From contig CAWFFK010000006.1 in NCBI GenBank assembly GCA_963815075.1, positions 261,258 through 325,257 on the forward strand: a DNA stretch of 64,000 nucleotides, written 5' to 3'. Of this stretch, positions 1 to 9,291 are shown in pieces. Below the pieces are notes generated by a model. The model did not search any database. It saw only the letters and a list, made by a program, of their open reading frames with translations, and was not told the origin of the DNA. Each line of letters starts with the position of its first letter. The stretch's first letter is position 1. Both the position numbers and the translations under genes were made by a program. This DNA comes from an uncultured Bacteroidales bacterium (GTDB lineage Bacteria > Bacteroidota > Bacteroidia > Bacteroidales > VadinHA17).

Positions 1-401
1 GAACCAATACCGGTAAGAAGATAAATATTTCTATTCCTGATCCTTCGCCTGTAATGGTTAAAACGGAAATGAATAAAGCACTTGAAGAAAACCCTGAAGC
101 AGGATCCATTTTCATATCCGGGTCCAAATCTTATCTGGTGGCACAGTATCTTGAGGAAAAAGGCTTAAAATCAATTAATATTATTGGCTATGATCTCCTT
201 GAACTCAATGTAAAATACCTGAAATCGGGGTTTACCAGGTTCCTTATTGGGCAGAGACCTGAAGAACAGGCATATAAAGGAATTAAAAAATTGTTCGATT
301 ACCTTTCACTTAATAAAATCCCGGATAAAATAGAATTCCTGCCCGTGGATATAGTTACATCAGAAAATGTTGACTTCTTTTTAAAATTACCATATAAATA
401 G
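1..401 (+). CDS. C-terminal part of a periplasmic-binding-protein/LacI-type sugar-binding domain protein (5' end outside window)
   Basis: Frame 3 is open from nt 3 to the stop at 399-401, with no stop upstream of the listed Met at 54, so the CDS is cut by the window edge. The block IGYDLLELNVKYLKSGFTRFLIGQRPEEQAYKGIKKL resembles the C-terminal lobe of PBP1/LacI-type ligand-binding domains. It is adjacent to sugar-acid and galactoside genes. Confidence 0.45.
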   Translation, partial: TNTGKKINISIPDPSPVMVKTEMNKALEENPEAGSIFISGSKSYLVAQYLEEKGLKSINIIGYDLLELNVKYLKSGFTRFLIGQRPEEQAYKGIKKLFDYLSLNKIPDKIEFLPVDIVTSENVDFFLKLPYK

Positions 402-433
402 TGCTGACATAATTATTGCATTTACAAGTTATC

Positions 434-1690
434 ATGAAGACGATTGGCAAATATTCCATAGGTCTCGGAGACAGATTTGGTCACCAGGGTGCTGCCCAGA
501 TGAGAGCAATAACAGAAGTATCAGCAAAAGGGATCGAAATAACACCTGTATGGAACAAATCCAACCGCGAGCACATTATTATAGGCACGAAACCAGAAGA
601 CGTCAGATATGAGGCAGATTCAGTTATTAAAAGTGCAGGATATAAAAAGCAATATTTTGTAGATGCAGATCATATTAACCTTGATACTGTTGACAGATTC
701 ATAGATAGTTCAGATTTTTTTACAATTGATGTTGCCTCCTATATTGGCTGGAAAGCAGAAGCCCGGGATATAGCTGAATTTATGGAAAGTGTCAGAAAAT
801 ATATCGGACACCTCAGAATTCCCGGAAGCAGATTATCGTTCAGAATTTCTGAACCGCAGATCATTGAAATTGCCGAAAAATATTTGTTTGCAGCTGTCAA
901 AGCGTACGAGATATACAGGAAGATTGAAAAGGTCAAAGGAAGTGGAAATTTTGTAACGGAAATATCAATGGATGAAGTTGCACATCCTCAAACTCCTGTG
1001 GATTTGTTTTTCATCCTGAAGATGCTCGCCTCTGAAGACATACCTCTTCAGACGATTGCACCTAAATTTACGGGAAGGTTCAATAAGGGAGTGGATTATG
1101 CCGGTGATCCCCTGGTCTTCGCATCGGAATTCGAAGCAGATCTCCTTGTTATTGACTATGCGGCAAAAGAGTTTGGCCTTCCGGCGAACCTTAAAATGAG
1201 TATACATTCAGGTTCTGATAAGTTTTCAATTTACCCCCATATAGGTTCAATAATCAAAAAATATGATAAAGGCATTCACATTAAAACTGCTGGTACTACA
1301 TGGCTGGAGGAGGTTATCGGCCTTTCTGAATCTGGTGGTGAGGCGTTTGAATTTGTCAGAGATATATACATAAATTCTCTCAACAGGATCGAAGAATTAT
1401 CTGCGCCGTATGCAGATGTTACAGATATCAGTTTTTCATCACTTCCTTCAAAACAGGAGGTATTATCCTGGGACGGTAAAAAATTCGCTGAGACAATAAG
1501 GCACATACCTGGTAACAAAAAATACAATGCCAGTATGAGACAGTTATTACATGTCTCCTATAAACTGGCAGCATTAAAAATGAAAGATTTTTTCAGGTTT
1601 CTGGAATTAAATGAGCAGACTGTTTCTGAATGTGTTTTTGAGAATATATATACCAGGCATATCTGCAGAATCTTTAACATTACTCCATAG
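434..1690 (+). CDS. uxaE: tagaturonate/fructuronate epimerase family protein (UxaE-like)
   Basis: The ATG at 434 is preferred over the TTG at 416 used by the ORF track. The blocks GLGDRFGHQG, VDADHI, FTIDVAS, EISMDE..PQTP, KMSIHSGSDKFSIYP, IKTAGTTWLE and RQLLHVSYK match the conserved blocks I recall for Thermotoga UxaE. Confidence 0.7.
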   Translation: MKTIGKYSIGLGDRFGHQGAAQMRAITEVSAKGIEITPVWNKSNREHIIIGTKPEDVRYEADSVIKSAGYKKQYFVDADHINLDTVDRFIDSSDFFTIDVASYIGWKAEARDIAEFMESVRKYIGHLRIPGSRLSFRISEPQIIEIAEKYLFAAVKAYEIYRKIEKVKGSGNFVTEISMDEVAHPQTPVDLFFILKMLASEDIPLQTIAPKFTGRFNKGVDYAGDPLVFASEFEADLLVIDYAAKEFGLPANLKMSIHSGSDKFSIYPHIGSIIKKYDKGIHIKTAGTTWLEEVIGLSESGGEAFEFVRDIYINSLNRIEELSAPYADVTDISFSSLPSKQEVLSWDGKKFAETIRHIPGNKKYNASMRQLLHVSYKLAALKMKDFFRFLELNEQTVSECVFENIYTRHICRIFNITP

Positions 1691-3491
1691 TTTTCATGCC
1701 GGGTACAGGTTCGGGTCTGATCTGGTGGAGATCAAAAACAATAATTTCGTTCAGTCCCGTCCTGAGCCAGGATGCCGGACAGTACAACCTCTTTTGAGGA
1801 CCTATATTCCAGTATCTTCCGAGGTTATGACCGTTTACCCATACCACCCCTTTCGTATATCCGGACATATCAAAGAATGTATCCCCGGTTTTATTCAATA
1901 CAAAATTACCCCGGAAGAAAAGTCCGGGTTTTTTTAAAGTTTTTCCGCTTGACCGGAGGTCGTAGATAAATTTCCTGTCCATTGGCAGGTTATACACCTT
2001 CCAGTTCATTAGCGTCATCCCGTTCAGAGTTACTCTGTCCGTTATACCTTTTCTGTCAATAAGATACTGGCCGAAATTAATCCGTCCCATTCCCTCAACG
2101 AATATTTCAAGAACAGGAGTATCAGATCTGCTCTCAGGTATTTCAATTGTATCTACCCCTTCTCTTCTGTCGAGCTTACCGATATATTCTCCATCCAGAA
2201 AAACAGTTGCATAATCGTGAATATCTGTTACGGTAAGCTTTCCTTTCTTATGTCCAATAAGTTCGGTACGGTATAATATATACCCGTAATCCTGTCCATA
2301 CGCTTCAAAAGGTTTTGGCTGAACCGAGTTAACCGGGTCGGGAAGATTATCCCAGACTGATGTTAATACCTGCAGTGCAATCGGAGGAGTCTCAATTGCA
2401 CGGATTTCATCCGGAACTGCCGGTAGTCTCTGGCCTTTAGGGAGGTATGACCCGATAAGGTCCCTGAGAAGCTTATATTTTGGAGTAGCCTGACCATGTT
2501 CATTAACAGGAGCATCATAATCATAGCTGGTAACATCCGGCTCATAACCTTTTCTACCCGAATTTGCTCCTGCAGTAAAACCGAAGTTGGTCCCTCCGTG
2601 AATAACATAGAGATTAAATGATTTCTTATTGTCCATAAGGAACTTAACCTCTTTCAGCAATTCGTCATTATCAGGTTTCGCCCATTTTTCTCCCCAGTGA
2701 GTCAACCATCCGGGATAAGTTTCGCTGCTGAACACAGGTACTCCGGGATTTATTTTCTCTGCAAGAACAAAATCAGACAGAGAACTGCCGGAATCGAGGC
2801 CTACCGCACTTCCCGGAAGTGTGCCTGCTTCAAGCATATAAGTCGTTGGGCCATCACCTGTGAAAGTAGGGATTTTAATACCGCAACTGTCCCAGACATT
2901 CCTTAATCTCAACAAGTAGTTTCTGTCATTTCCGAAACTACCATATTCATTCTCAATCTGCAACATCAGTATTGGTCCTCCGTTGCTAACAAGGAATGGT
3001 TTGATCACTTCAGCAAGATGTGCAATATATCGTTCAGCAGCATCCATATATCGCTGATCCATACAACGCAGTTTGATATCCGGTATACGCAACAGGTACG
3101 GAGGAATTCCACCAAGCTCCCACTCTGCACAAACATAGGGACCTGGTCTCAATATAAGCCACATATTTTCTTCCTGAACAATTTTGAAAAATCCGGCAAT
3201 GTTATGGTTCTCTGTAGTAAAGTCATAGACCCCTTCCTCAGGTTCCTGGTAATTCCAGAAGATGTAGGCCGATATAGTATTACACCCCATTGCTTTTGCC
3301 ATTTCAATTCTCTGCTTCCAGTACTCAACAGGAATTCTTGCAGGATGCATCTCCCCGCTTATTATCTGGAAGGGCTGACCATCAAGAAGAAAGTCAGAAG
3401 TACCTAAGGTAAAAGTGTGAGTTCCGTTCTGTGCCTGAACAAAACCTAAAGACAGAAACATTATTATTAACAACGACACTATATTTCGCAT
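1680..3491 (-). CDS. secreted glycoside hydrolase family 35 beta-galactosidase
   Basis: Signal peptide MRNIVSLLIIMFLSLGFVQA. GH35 catalytic block GGPILMLQIENEYG. The 603-aa length is typical for bacterial GH35. Confidence 0.85.
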   Translation of the reverse strand: MRNIVSLLIIMFLSLGFVQAQNGTHTFTLGTSDFLLDGQPFQIISGEMHPARIPVEYWKQRIEMAKAMGCNTISAYIFWNYQEPEEGVYDFTTENHNIAGFFKIVQEENMWLILRPGPYVCAEWELGGIPPYLLRIPDIKLRCMDQRYMDAAERYIAHLAEVIKPFLVSNGGPILMLQIENEYGSFGNDRNYLLRLRNVWDSCGIKIPTFTGDGPTTYMLEAGTLPGSAVGLDSGSSLSDFVLAEKINPGVPVFSSETYPGWLTHWGEKWAKPDNDELLKEVKFLMDNKKSFNLYVIHGGTNFGFTAGANSGRKGYEPDVTSYDYDAPVNEHGQATPKYKLLRDLIGSYLPKGQRLPAVPDEIRAIETPPIALQVLTSVWDNLPDPVNSVQPKPFEAYGQDYGYILYRTELIGHKKGKLTVTDIHDYATVFLDGEYIGKLDRREGVDTIEIPESRSDTPVLEIFVEGMGRINFGQYLIDRKGITDRVTLNGMTLMNWKVYNLPMDRKFIYDLRSSGKTLKKPGLFFRGNFVLNKTGDTFFDMSGYTKGVVWVNGHNLGRYWNIGPQKRLYCPASWLRTGLNEIIVFDLHQIRPEPVPGMKTME

Positions 3492-3558
3492 AACCGGAAT
3501 TATTTTTAAAACATCTGTCTCCCCCTCTCCCGCTCACCTCTTCACCCCTTCAAGTTCA

Positions 3559-5379
3559 TCATATTGCCTGAAAGCTGCGAAGCTTACTATAAAATCCATC
3601 TTTTAAATCCATGAGTTCTGAATGGGTGCCTGCTTCCATTATCCTGCCATCATCAATCACCACAATCAGATCAGCATATTGAATAGTTGAAAGACGGTGT
3701 GCTATTACCAGGGAGGTCCTGTTTCTCATTAACTTCAGAATAGCGTCCTGAACAAGTCTTTCAGACTCGGTATCGAGCGCTGAGGTAGCCTCATCGAGTA
3801 TCAGGATTGGTGGATTAGCCATAATAGCCCTTGCGATACTAATTCGCTGGCGCTGGCCGCCACTTAGCTTATTGCCCGATTCTCCCACAAGGTTTTCATA
3901 CCCTAATTCAGTTTCCATTATAAACTCATGTGCATTTGCAATTCTTGAAGCATTTTCAACCTGATCCATTTCAGCCTTTTCAACTCCGAAAGCTATATTC
4001 TCTTTGAAAGAAGTATTGAAAAGTATCGGACTCTGGCTAACAATGCCCATCAGGTTCCTCATATCCCTTATTTTAAGGTCACGAACATCAATTCCATCTA
4101 TCAGAATACTGCCCTTATCCGGATCCATGAACCTGGGCAACAGATCCGCCAAAGTTGATTTTCCGGCTCCCGACTTCCCAACGATAGCAATAGTCTGACC
4201 TTTCTTTATTTTAAGGTTAATATTGCGCAGTACCGGCTCGCTGTTATATGCATACCATACATTTTTAAATTCAATCGAATCAGTGAATCCGTTAATAGCA
4301 ATTGCATTCTCCTTTTCTGTTATCGTTTCCACCGCGTCAAGAACCTGGTCTATCCTGTCAATTGATGCCATTCCTTTCTGAATGGCAAAATATGCAGTTG
4401 TAATGTTCTTTGCCGGCTGTATGATCTGGGAAAATACAACCAGATATACTATAAGGCTTTCAGGGGCCATGTTACCTGAACCATTTAGTACAAGCTTGCC
4501 TCCGACATACATCAGGATCATAACCACTATTGTCGATAGAAATTCGCTTAGGGGTGATGCCAGATAAGCTTTTCTGATTACCCTCTTGAATACTTTTGCA
4601 TATCTTTCATTTGACTCCGCAAACTGAACCTTCATTTTTCCTTCAGCATTAAAACCTTTGACAATCCTTAATCCCGTGAGGGTTTCCTCTACTACTGTAA
4701 GCAGTCTTCCGAGATTTTGCTGCCCAATCAGTGAAGATGACCTGAGAGTCCGGCTTGCACGTCCGATGAGCCAGCCACTTACAGGGAGAAGGGTAAGGGC
4801 AAAAAGTGTCAGTTCGTAACTGGTTACAAAAAGGTAAATAACAAAAACCATGATCAAGATAGGATCTCTGAACATCATTGTAAGCGAAGACATTACAGAT
4901 ATCTCGACCTCCTGCACATCATTGGATATTCTGGTCATAACATCACCTTTCCGCGCATCAGTAAAGTATGAGAGAGGTAATCTGAGTATTTTATGATAAA
5001 GTTTCCTGCGCAGGTCGCGAACTGTACTTGACCTTATAAATGCCATACAATTATTGGCAAGAAAAATAAAACCATTCTTAAACAAGCTGGCGCCTATTAC
5101 AATAACCACTACCAGCATCAGTGCTCCTTCCTGACCGTTTTTCTGAATAAAAAGAGAAAGATAGTATTTGCTGAAAGTTCCGATGTATGCAGATGTTAAC
5201 TGAAACGGACCAGGGTTTGCTACAGTCTCAACGCCACTGAAGAGCACAGATAAAAATGGTTTTACAAGGGTAAATGTGAGGAGAGCAAAAAGAGCACTTA
5301 ATATATTGTAAATGATATTCTTTACTGCCGACCATTTGTAAGGTGCAAAATATTTTAGCAGTAATCTGATATTCTTCAT
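3559..5379 (-). CDS. ABC transporter, fused permease/ATP-binding protein (MsbA-like exporter)
   Basis: N-terminal six-helix transmembrane domain followed by an NBD with Walker A GKSGAGKST, signature LSGGQRQR, Walker B ILILDEATSALD and H-loop AHRLST. Confidence 0.85.
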   Translation of the reverse strand: MKNIRLLLKYFAPYKWSAVKNIIYNILSALFALLTFTLVKPFLSVLFSGVETVANPGPFQLTSAYIGTFSKYYLSLFIQKNGQEGALMLVVVIVIGASLFKNGFIFLANNCMAFIRSSTVRDLRRKLYHKILRLPLSYFTDARKGDVMTRISNDVQEVEISVMSSLTMMFRDPILIMVFVIYLFVTSYELTLFALTLLPVSGWLIGRASRTLRSSSLIGQQNLGRLLTVVEETLTGLRIVKGFNAEGKMKVQFAESNERYAKVFKRVIRKAYLASPLSEFLSTIVVMILMYVGGKLVLNGSGNMAPESLIVYLVVFSQIIQPAKNITTAYFAIQKGMASIDRIDQVLDAVETITEKENAIAINGFTDSIEFKNVWYAYNSEPVLRNINLKIKKGQTIAIVGKSGAGKSTLADLLPRFMDPDKGSILIDGIDVRDLKIRDMRNLMGIVSQSPILFNTSFKENIAFGVEKAEMDQVENASRIANAHEFIMETELGYENLVGESGNKLSGGQRQRISIARAIMANPPILILDEATSALDTESERLVQDAILKLMRNRTSLVIAHRLSTIQYADLIVVIDDGRIMEAGTHSELMDLKDGFYSKLRSFQAI

Positions 5380-5394
5380 CTGTTAAATATATTA

Positions 5395-6738
5395 TTAATA
5401 GCCGGTATAATTAAATGGCGTGATTTTCCTTAACTCTTCCTTAACAGCCTCGTTGAGGTCAAGGCCATCGATAAAATCACGAATATCTTCAAAAGTAATT
5501 TTCTGATTTGTCCTGGTAAGTTCGAGCAGAGCTTCATAGGGTTGTGGATAATTCTCGCGTCTCAGAATGGTCTGAATTGCCTCTGCTACAACGGCCCAGT
5601 TGTTATCAAGATCGCTCCTGATCTTTTCAGTGTTAACAATAAGCTTATTAAGACCCTTAAGCAAGGAATGAAATGCTATAACTGAATGTCCTACCGGAAC
5701 GCCAATATTTCTTGAAACTGTCGAATCTGTCAGATCGCGTTGAAGTCTGGAAATCGGTAATTTCATTGAAAGATGCCCGAATACAGCGTTTGCATAACCC
5801 AGGTTTCCCTCTCCGTTCTCAAAATCAATTGGATTAACTTTATGGGGCATAGCTGATGAGCCTATCTCCCCTTTTTTTATTTTCTGCCTGAAGTAATCCA
5901 TTGAGATATATGACCAGAAATCACGGGCTAAATCAATGAGAATTACATTGATCCTTCGCATGTTGTCAAATAAGGCAGCCAGGTTATCATAATGTTCGAT
6001 CTGTGTTGTAGGATGTGATCTTTGAAGGCCAAGTTCCTCATTAACAAAATTATTTGCAAATTCAATCCAGTCAATATCAGGATATGCTGCCTTGTGAGCA
6101 TTAAAATTTCCGGTTGCTCCACCGAACTTGGCTGAATAAGGTATCTGTCCGAAGTATTTGATTTGTCCGTCAATCCGTGCAATAAATACTTCTATTTCTT
6201 TACCAAGCCTGGTAGGAGAAGCAGGCTGACCATGCGTTCTGGCAAGCATCGCTATGTCTTTCCATTCAACTGCATAATTGGCCAGTGTCTCTCTCAGTTC
6301 ATAGAGGAGAGGGAAATAGACATTTACCATGGCATCTTTAACAGATAACGGGACAGCTGTATTATTAATATCCTGCGAGGTGAGACCGAAATGAATAAAT
6401 TCACTCCATTTGCCCCATCCCGACTGAAAAAACCGTTCCTTCAGATAATATTCCATTGCTTTTACGTCGTGATTTGTGATCTTCTCCCTTTCTTTTATTT
6501 TCTCCGCATCTGTTAAATCAAAGTCTTCGTATATTGACCGCAGAGGTAAATAGTTTTCCTTTTTAAAATCAATTAATTGCGGAAGCGGTATATCACACAA
6601 CGCAATAAAATATTCTATCTCAACCATCAGGCGGTACTTAATCAGGCCAAATTCAGAAAAATAGAGATCAAGTTCATCAACTTTTTGCCTGTATCGTCCG
6701 TCAAGGGGAGAGATGGCAGTTAGAAAATTTAATTCCAT
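5395..6738 (-). CDS. purB: adenylosuccinate lyase
   Basis: Fumarate-lyase superfamily signature GSSAMPHKVNP. The 447-aa length and overall PurB-like N- and C-terminal sequence fit. Confidence 0.9.
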   Translation of the reverse strand: MELNFLTAISPLDGRYRQKVDELDLYFSEFGLIKYRLMVEIEYFIALCDIPLPQLIDFKKENYLPLRSIYEDFDLTDAEKIKEREKITNHDVKAMEYYLKERFFQSGWGKWSEFIHFGLTSQDINNTAVPLSVKDAMVNVYFPLLYELRETLANYAVEWKDIAMLARTHGQPASPTRLGKEIEVFIARIDGQIKYFGQIPYSAKFGGATGNFNAHKAAYPDIDWIEFANNFVNEELGLQRSHPTTQIEHYDNLAALFDNMRRINVILIDLARDFWSYISMDYFRQKIKKGEIGSSAMPHKVNPIDFENGEGNLGYANAVFGHLSMKLPISRLQRDLTDSTVSRNIGVPVGHSVIAFHSLLKGLNKLIVNTEKIRSDLDNNWAVVAEAIQTILRRENYPQPYEALLELTRTNQKITFEDIRDFIDGLDLNEAVKEELRKITPFNYTGY

Positions 6739-6813
6739 TTTAATCAGAATGTGTTTCCTATTGTTATATGAATATCCACAAATGTAGTACTTTTAGACAT
6801 TGTAAAAAAGAGT

Positions 6814-7569
6814 ATGGATAAAATCAGGATTTCAGCTGTAAGATACGCTAACACGTACCCATTTATATATGGATTGAAGGAGAGCGGGTTTGAAAAAAAA
6901 GTTATTCTCGAAACTGATCACCCCGCCGATTGTGCAGCGAAACTGATAAGTGGAAGGGCAGATATCGGACTTATTCCGGTTGCGGCTCTGCCACTTCTGA
7001 AGGAATATCATATTATCAGTAACTATTGTATTGGTGCCAACGGGAATGTCAGAACAGTGATGCTGTTAAGCAATTGCCCTTTTGAAGATATTGAGACAAT
7101 ATACCTCGATTACAGATCGCTATCCTCAGTTAATCTCACAAAGGTTCTGGCAAAAAACAGCTGGAAGAAAGATTTCAACTGGGTCAATACCTCAAAAGGG
7201 TTTGATTTCAGAAATATCGGTATGAAGGAAGCAGTTGTACTGATAGGAGATCAATGCTTTGAACTGGAGAAAAGTTTCAGGTACAGGATCGACCTTGCCC
7301 GGGCATGGAAAGATTTTTCCGGTATGCCTTTTGTCTTTGCCTGCTGGACAGCTAACCAGATCCTTGAAGATAAATTCATCATGGAATTTAATGAAGCACT
7401 GTCGCTGGGTGTGAACAATATCAAAGCTGTAGCAGAATACTTTGGGGAAACAGGAACAATTGGTGGAAATGATCTCAAAGATTACCTGACTGATAACATC
7501 GATTTTAATCTCAATAATGAGAAAAAGCAGGCCCTTGAATTATTTCTTGAATTAATGAAAGAATTATGA
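6814..7569 (+). CDS. mqnA: chorismate dehydratase (futalosine-pathway menaquinone biosynthesis, MqnA family)
   Basis: 251 aa. The N-terminus IRISAVRYANTYPFIYGL and the overall pattern fit the MqnA/MqnD (VitK2 biosynthesis) fold. MqnA is favoured over MqnD from the N-terminal motif. Confidence 0.65.
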   Translation: MDKIRISAVRYANTYPFIYGLKESGFEKKVILETDHPADCAAKLISGRADIGLIPVAALPLLKEYHIISNYCIGANGNVRTVMLLSNCPFEDIETIYLDYRSLSSVNLTKVLAKNSWKKDFNWVNTSKGFDFRNIGMKEAVVLIGDQCFELEKSFRYRIDLARAWKDFSGMPFVFACWTANQILEDKFIMEFNEALSLGVNNIKAVAEYFGETGTIGGNDLKDYLTDNIDFNLNNEKKQALELFLELMKEL

Positions 7570-7589
7570 ATGATCCGATAGTATAACCA

Positions 7590-8045
7590 ATGGCTAAAAC
7601 TGGATTATCCGGCAACTTTGTCATACGACCATACCGTCATGGTGACTTTGCAGGAATAAAATATTTATGGGAAGCAACTGACATGGGAAATCCCGGGAGG
7701 GGAGATGATGAAGCAATTATTGAAGAAAGTATTAAAATAGGCGGTACACTACTGATACTTGAAAACACTTCTTTAAACACAATATGCGGCACATCGTGGA
7801 TGACGTTCGACGGAAGAAGAATACATCTGCATCATTTTGGCATACTGCCGGAATACCAGGGAAAAGGGTATTCAAAAACCCTATTAGAGCATTCTCTAAC
7901 ATTTGTTAAGACTAAAGGTTACCAGGTGAAGCTTGAGGTCCATAAAACAAATAAGCGGGCAATTAACCTTTATGAAAGATACGGTTTTAAATCACTCGGG
8001 GATTTTGACATATTTATTATCAGGGATACTTCGAAAATTAAATGA
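7590..8045 (+). CDS. GNAT family N-acetyltransferase
   Basis: 151 aa. GNAT motif A/B region HLHHFGILPEYQGKGYSKTLLEH ... NKRAINLYERYGF. Confidence 0.75.
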   Translation: MAKTGLSGNFVIRPYRHGDFAGIKYLWEATDMGNPGRGDDEAIIEESIKIGGTLLILENTSLNTICGTSWMTFDGRRIHLHHFGILPEYQGKGYSKTLLEHSLTFVKTKGYQVKLEVHKTNKRAINLYERYGFKSLGDFDIFIIRDTSKIK

Positions 8046-8130
8046 TGATTTTCTAATTATTTATTTTATGATTAACTTTGGATTTTAGTGAGATCTTAAC
8101 AATAATATTGACCAATAAATTATAAATGCT

Positions 8131-8376
8131 ATGGACAAAACAATCACCTTTAATGAACTACGGAAAATTAAAGACCAGTTGCCCTCCGGTAGTATCAGAC
8201 AAATTGCAGAAAAACTGGATCTTAATGAAGAGACAGTAAGAAACTACTTTGGAGGGAGAAATTTTGACAAGGGCCAAAGCGTTGGAATACATTTTGAACA
8301 GGGACCTGATGGAGGAATCGTAACATTTGATGACACTACTATACTTGATCTGGCAAAGAAAATGATCAACTACTAA
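8131..8376 (+). CDS. small hypothetical protein with helix-turn-helix-like segment
   Basis: 81-aa ORF. IRQIAEKLDLNEETVRNYF looks like an HTH. The ORF is followed by a terminator-like hairpin. Confidence 0.4.
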   Translation: MDKTITFNELRKIKDQLPSGSIRQIAEKLDLNEETVRNYFGGRNFDKGQSVGIHFEQGPDGGIVTFDDTTILDLAKKMINY

Positions 8377-8398
8377 TTGATTGTCCGGAAGCCTGTTC

Positions 8399-8432
8399 AA
8401 AAGCAAAAGGCTCTGTCTTTTGCTTTTTTTTT
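8399..8432 (+). terminator. rho-independent terminator-like hairpin after the 81-aa ORF
   Basis: Stem AAGCAAAAG (8401-8409), loop GCTCTGT, stem CTTTTGCTT (8417-8425), running into a T-tract that ends at 8432. Confidence 0.5.
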
Positions 8433-8438
8433 AAAATT

Positions 8439-9269
8439 ATGAATCTTAAAGGCCAAATAGAATCTGCAGAAACTCAGTATAAACAGATCCTTGAAGACTA
8501 CTTTATTTCTGTTTTCAATGAAAAATTACTCTCCTCTCATGGGATTGACCATCACAGGAGGGTATGGAAATACTCAAAAGAACTGCTTTCCGTTCTTCGG
8601 GAACAGAATATTTCCCCTGAAAATAAATTGCCTCAGAAATTAATCATTGCAGCTTACCTGCATGATATAGGGATGGTCATCGAACCAGGTGCCAGGCATG
8701 GTATCCACAGCAGCGAACTTTGTAAAAGGTTCTTTGTATTAAATAATCTGCCGGCAGAAGATTACGGTGATGTACTTGAAGCTATAGAAAAACATGACCT
8801 GAAAGACTACCGGAATGATTCAATAGTTCACGATCTTCTCACAATACTTTCAGTTGCTGATGATCTTGACGCATTCGGCTTTACAGGTATATTCAGATAC
8901 TCAGAAATCTATCTGAAAAGAAAAACGGATCCTGAAGATATCGGTTCATTTATTATGGAAAATGCAGCGAAGAGATTTTACCACTTTATCAGGAACTTTG
9001 AGTATTATGACAAATTGATTGAGAAACATAAGAAAAGATATCTTCTGCTTGATGATTTTTTTAAAGAATATAATAAACAATTTTTGTCATACCCCTGGGA
9101 AGCACACCATCCTTCAGGTTATTGCGGAGTGATAGAAATTCTGGACGGTCTGTTAAGCGATAAAAAAGATTTGCTGGAATTCTTAAGAGCAGAAGAACAG
9201 AATAAATATGATCCTGTAATACGTTGGTTCTTTAACGGACTTGAAAAGGAATTGTCTAATGATATTTAA
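8439..9269 (+). CDS. HD-domain metal-dependent phosphohydrolase family protein
   Basis: H...HD pattern (GIDHHRRV ... AAYLHDIGM), with a later HD-like DLKD/ADDLDAFG region. 276 aa. Confidence 0.65.
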   Translation: MNLKGQIESAETQYKQILEDYFISVFNEKLLSSHGIDHHRRVWKYSKELLSVLREQNISPENKLPQKLIIAAYLHDIGMVIEPGARHGIHSSELCKRFFVLNNLPAEDYGDVLEAIEKHDLKDYRNDSIVHDLLTILSVADDLDAFGFTGIFRYSEIYLKRKTDPEDIGSFIMENAAKRFYHFIRNFEYYDKLIEKHKKRYLLLDDFFKEYNKQFLSYPWEAHHPSGYCGVIEILDGLLSDKKDLLEFLRAEEQNKYDPVIRWFFNGLEKELSNDI

Positions 9270-9291
9270 TGAGAACATTTACCTTATATAA

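Noticed and set aside
1611-1969. ORFs 1611-1937 (+) and 1772-1969 (+) downstream of, or overlapping, uxaE.
   Set aside because: They overlap the 3' part of the GH35 gene on the opposite strand and have no family resemblance. The 11-nt convergent overlap of uxaE and the GH35 gene is ordinary.
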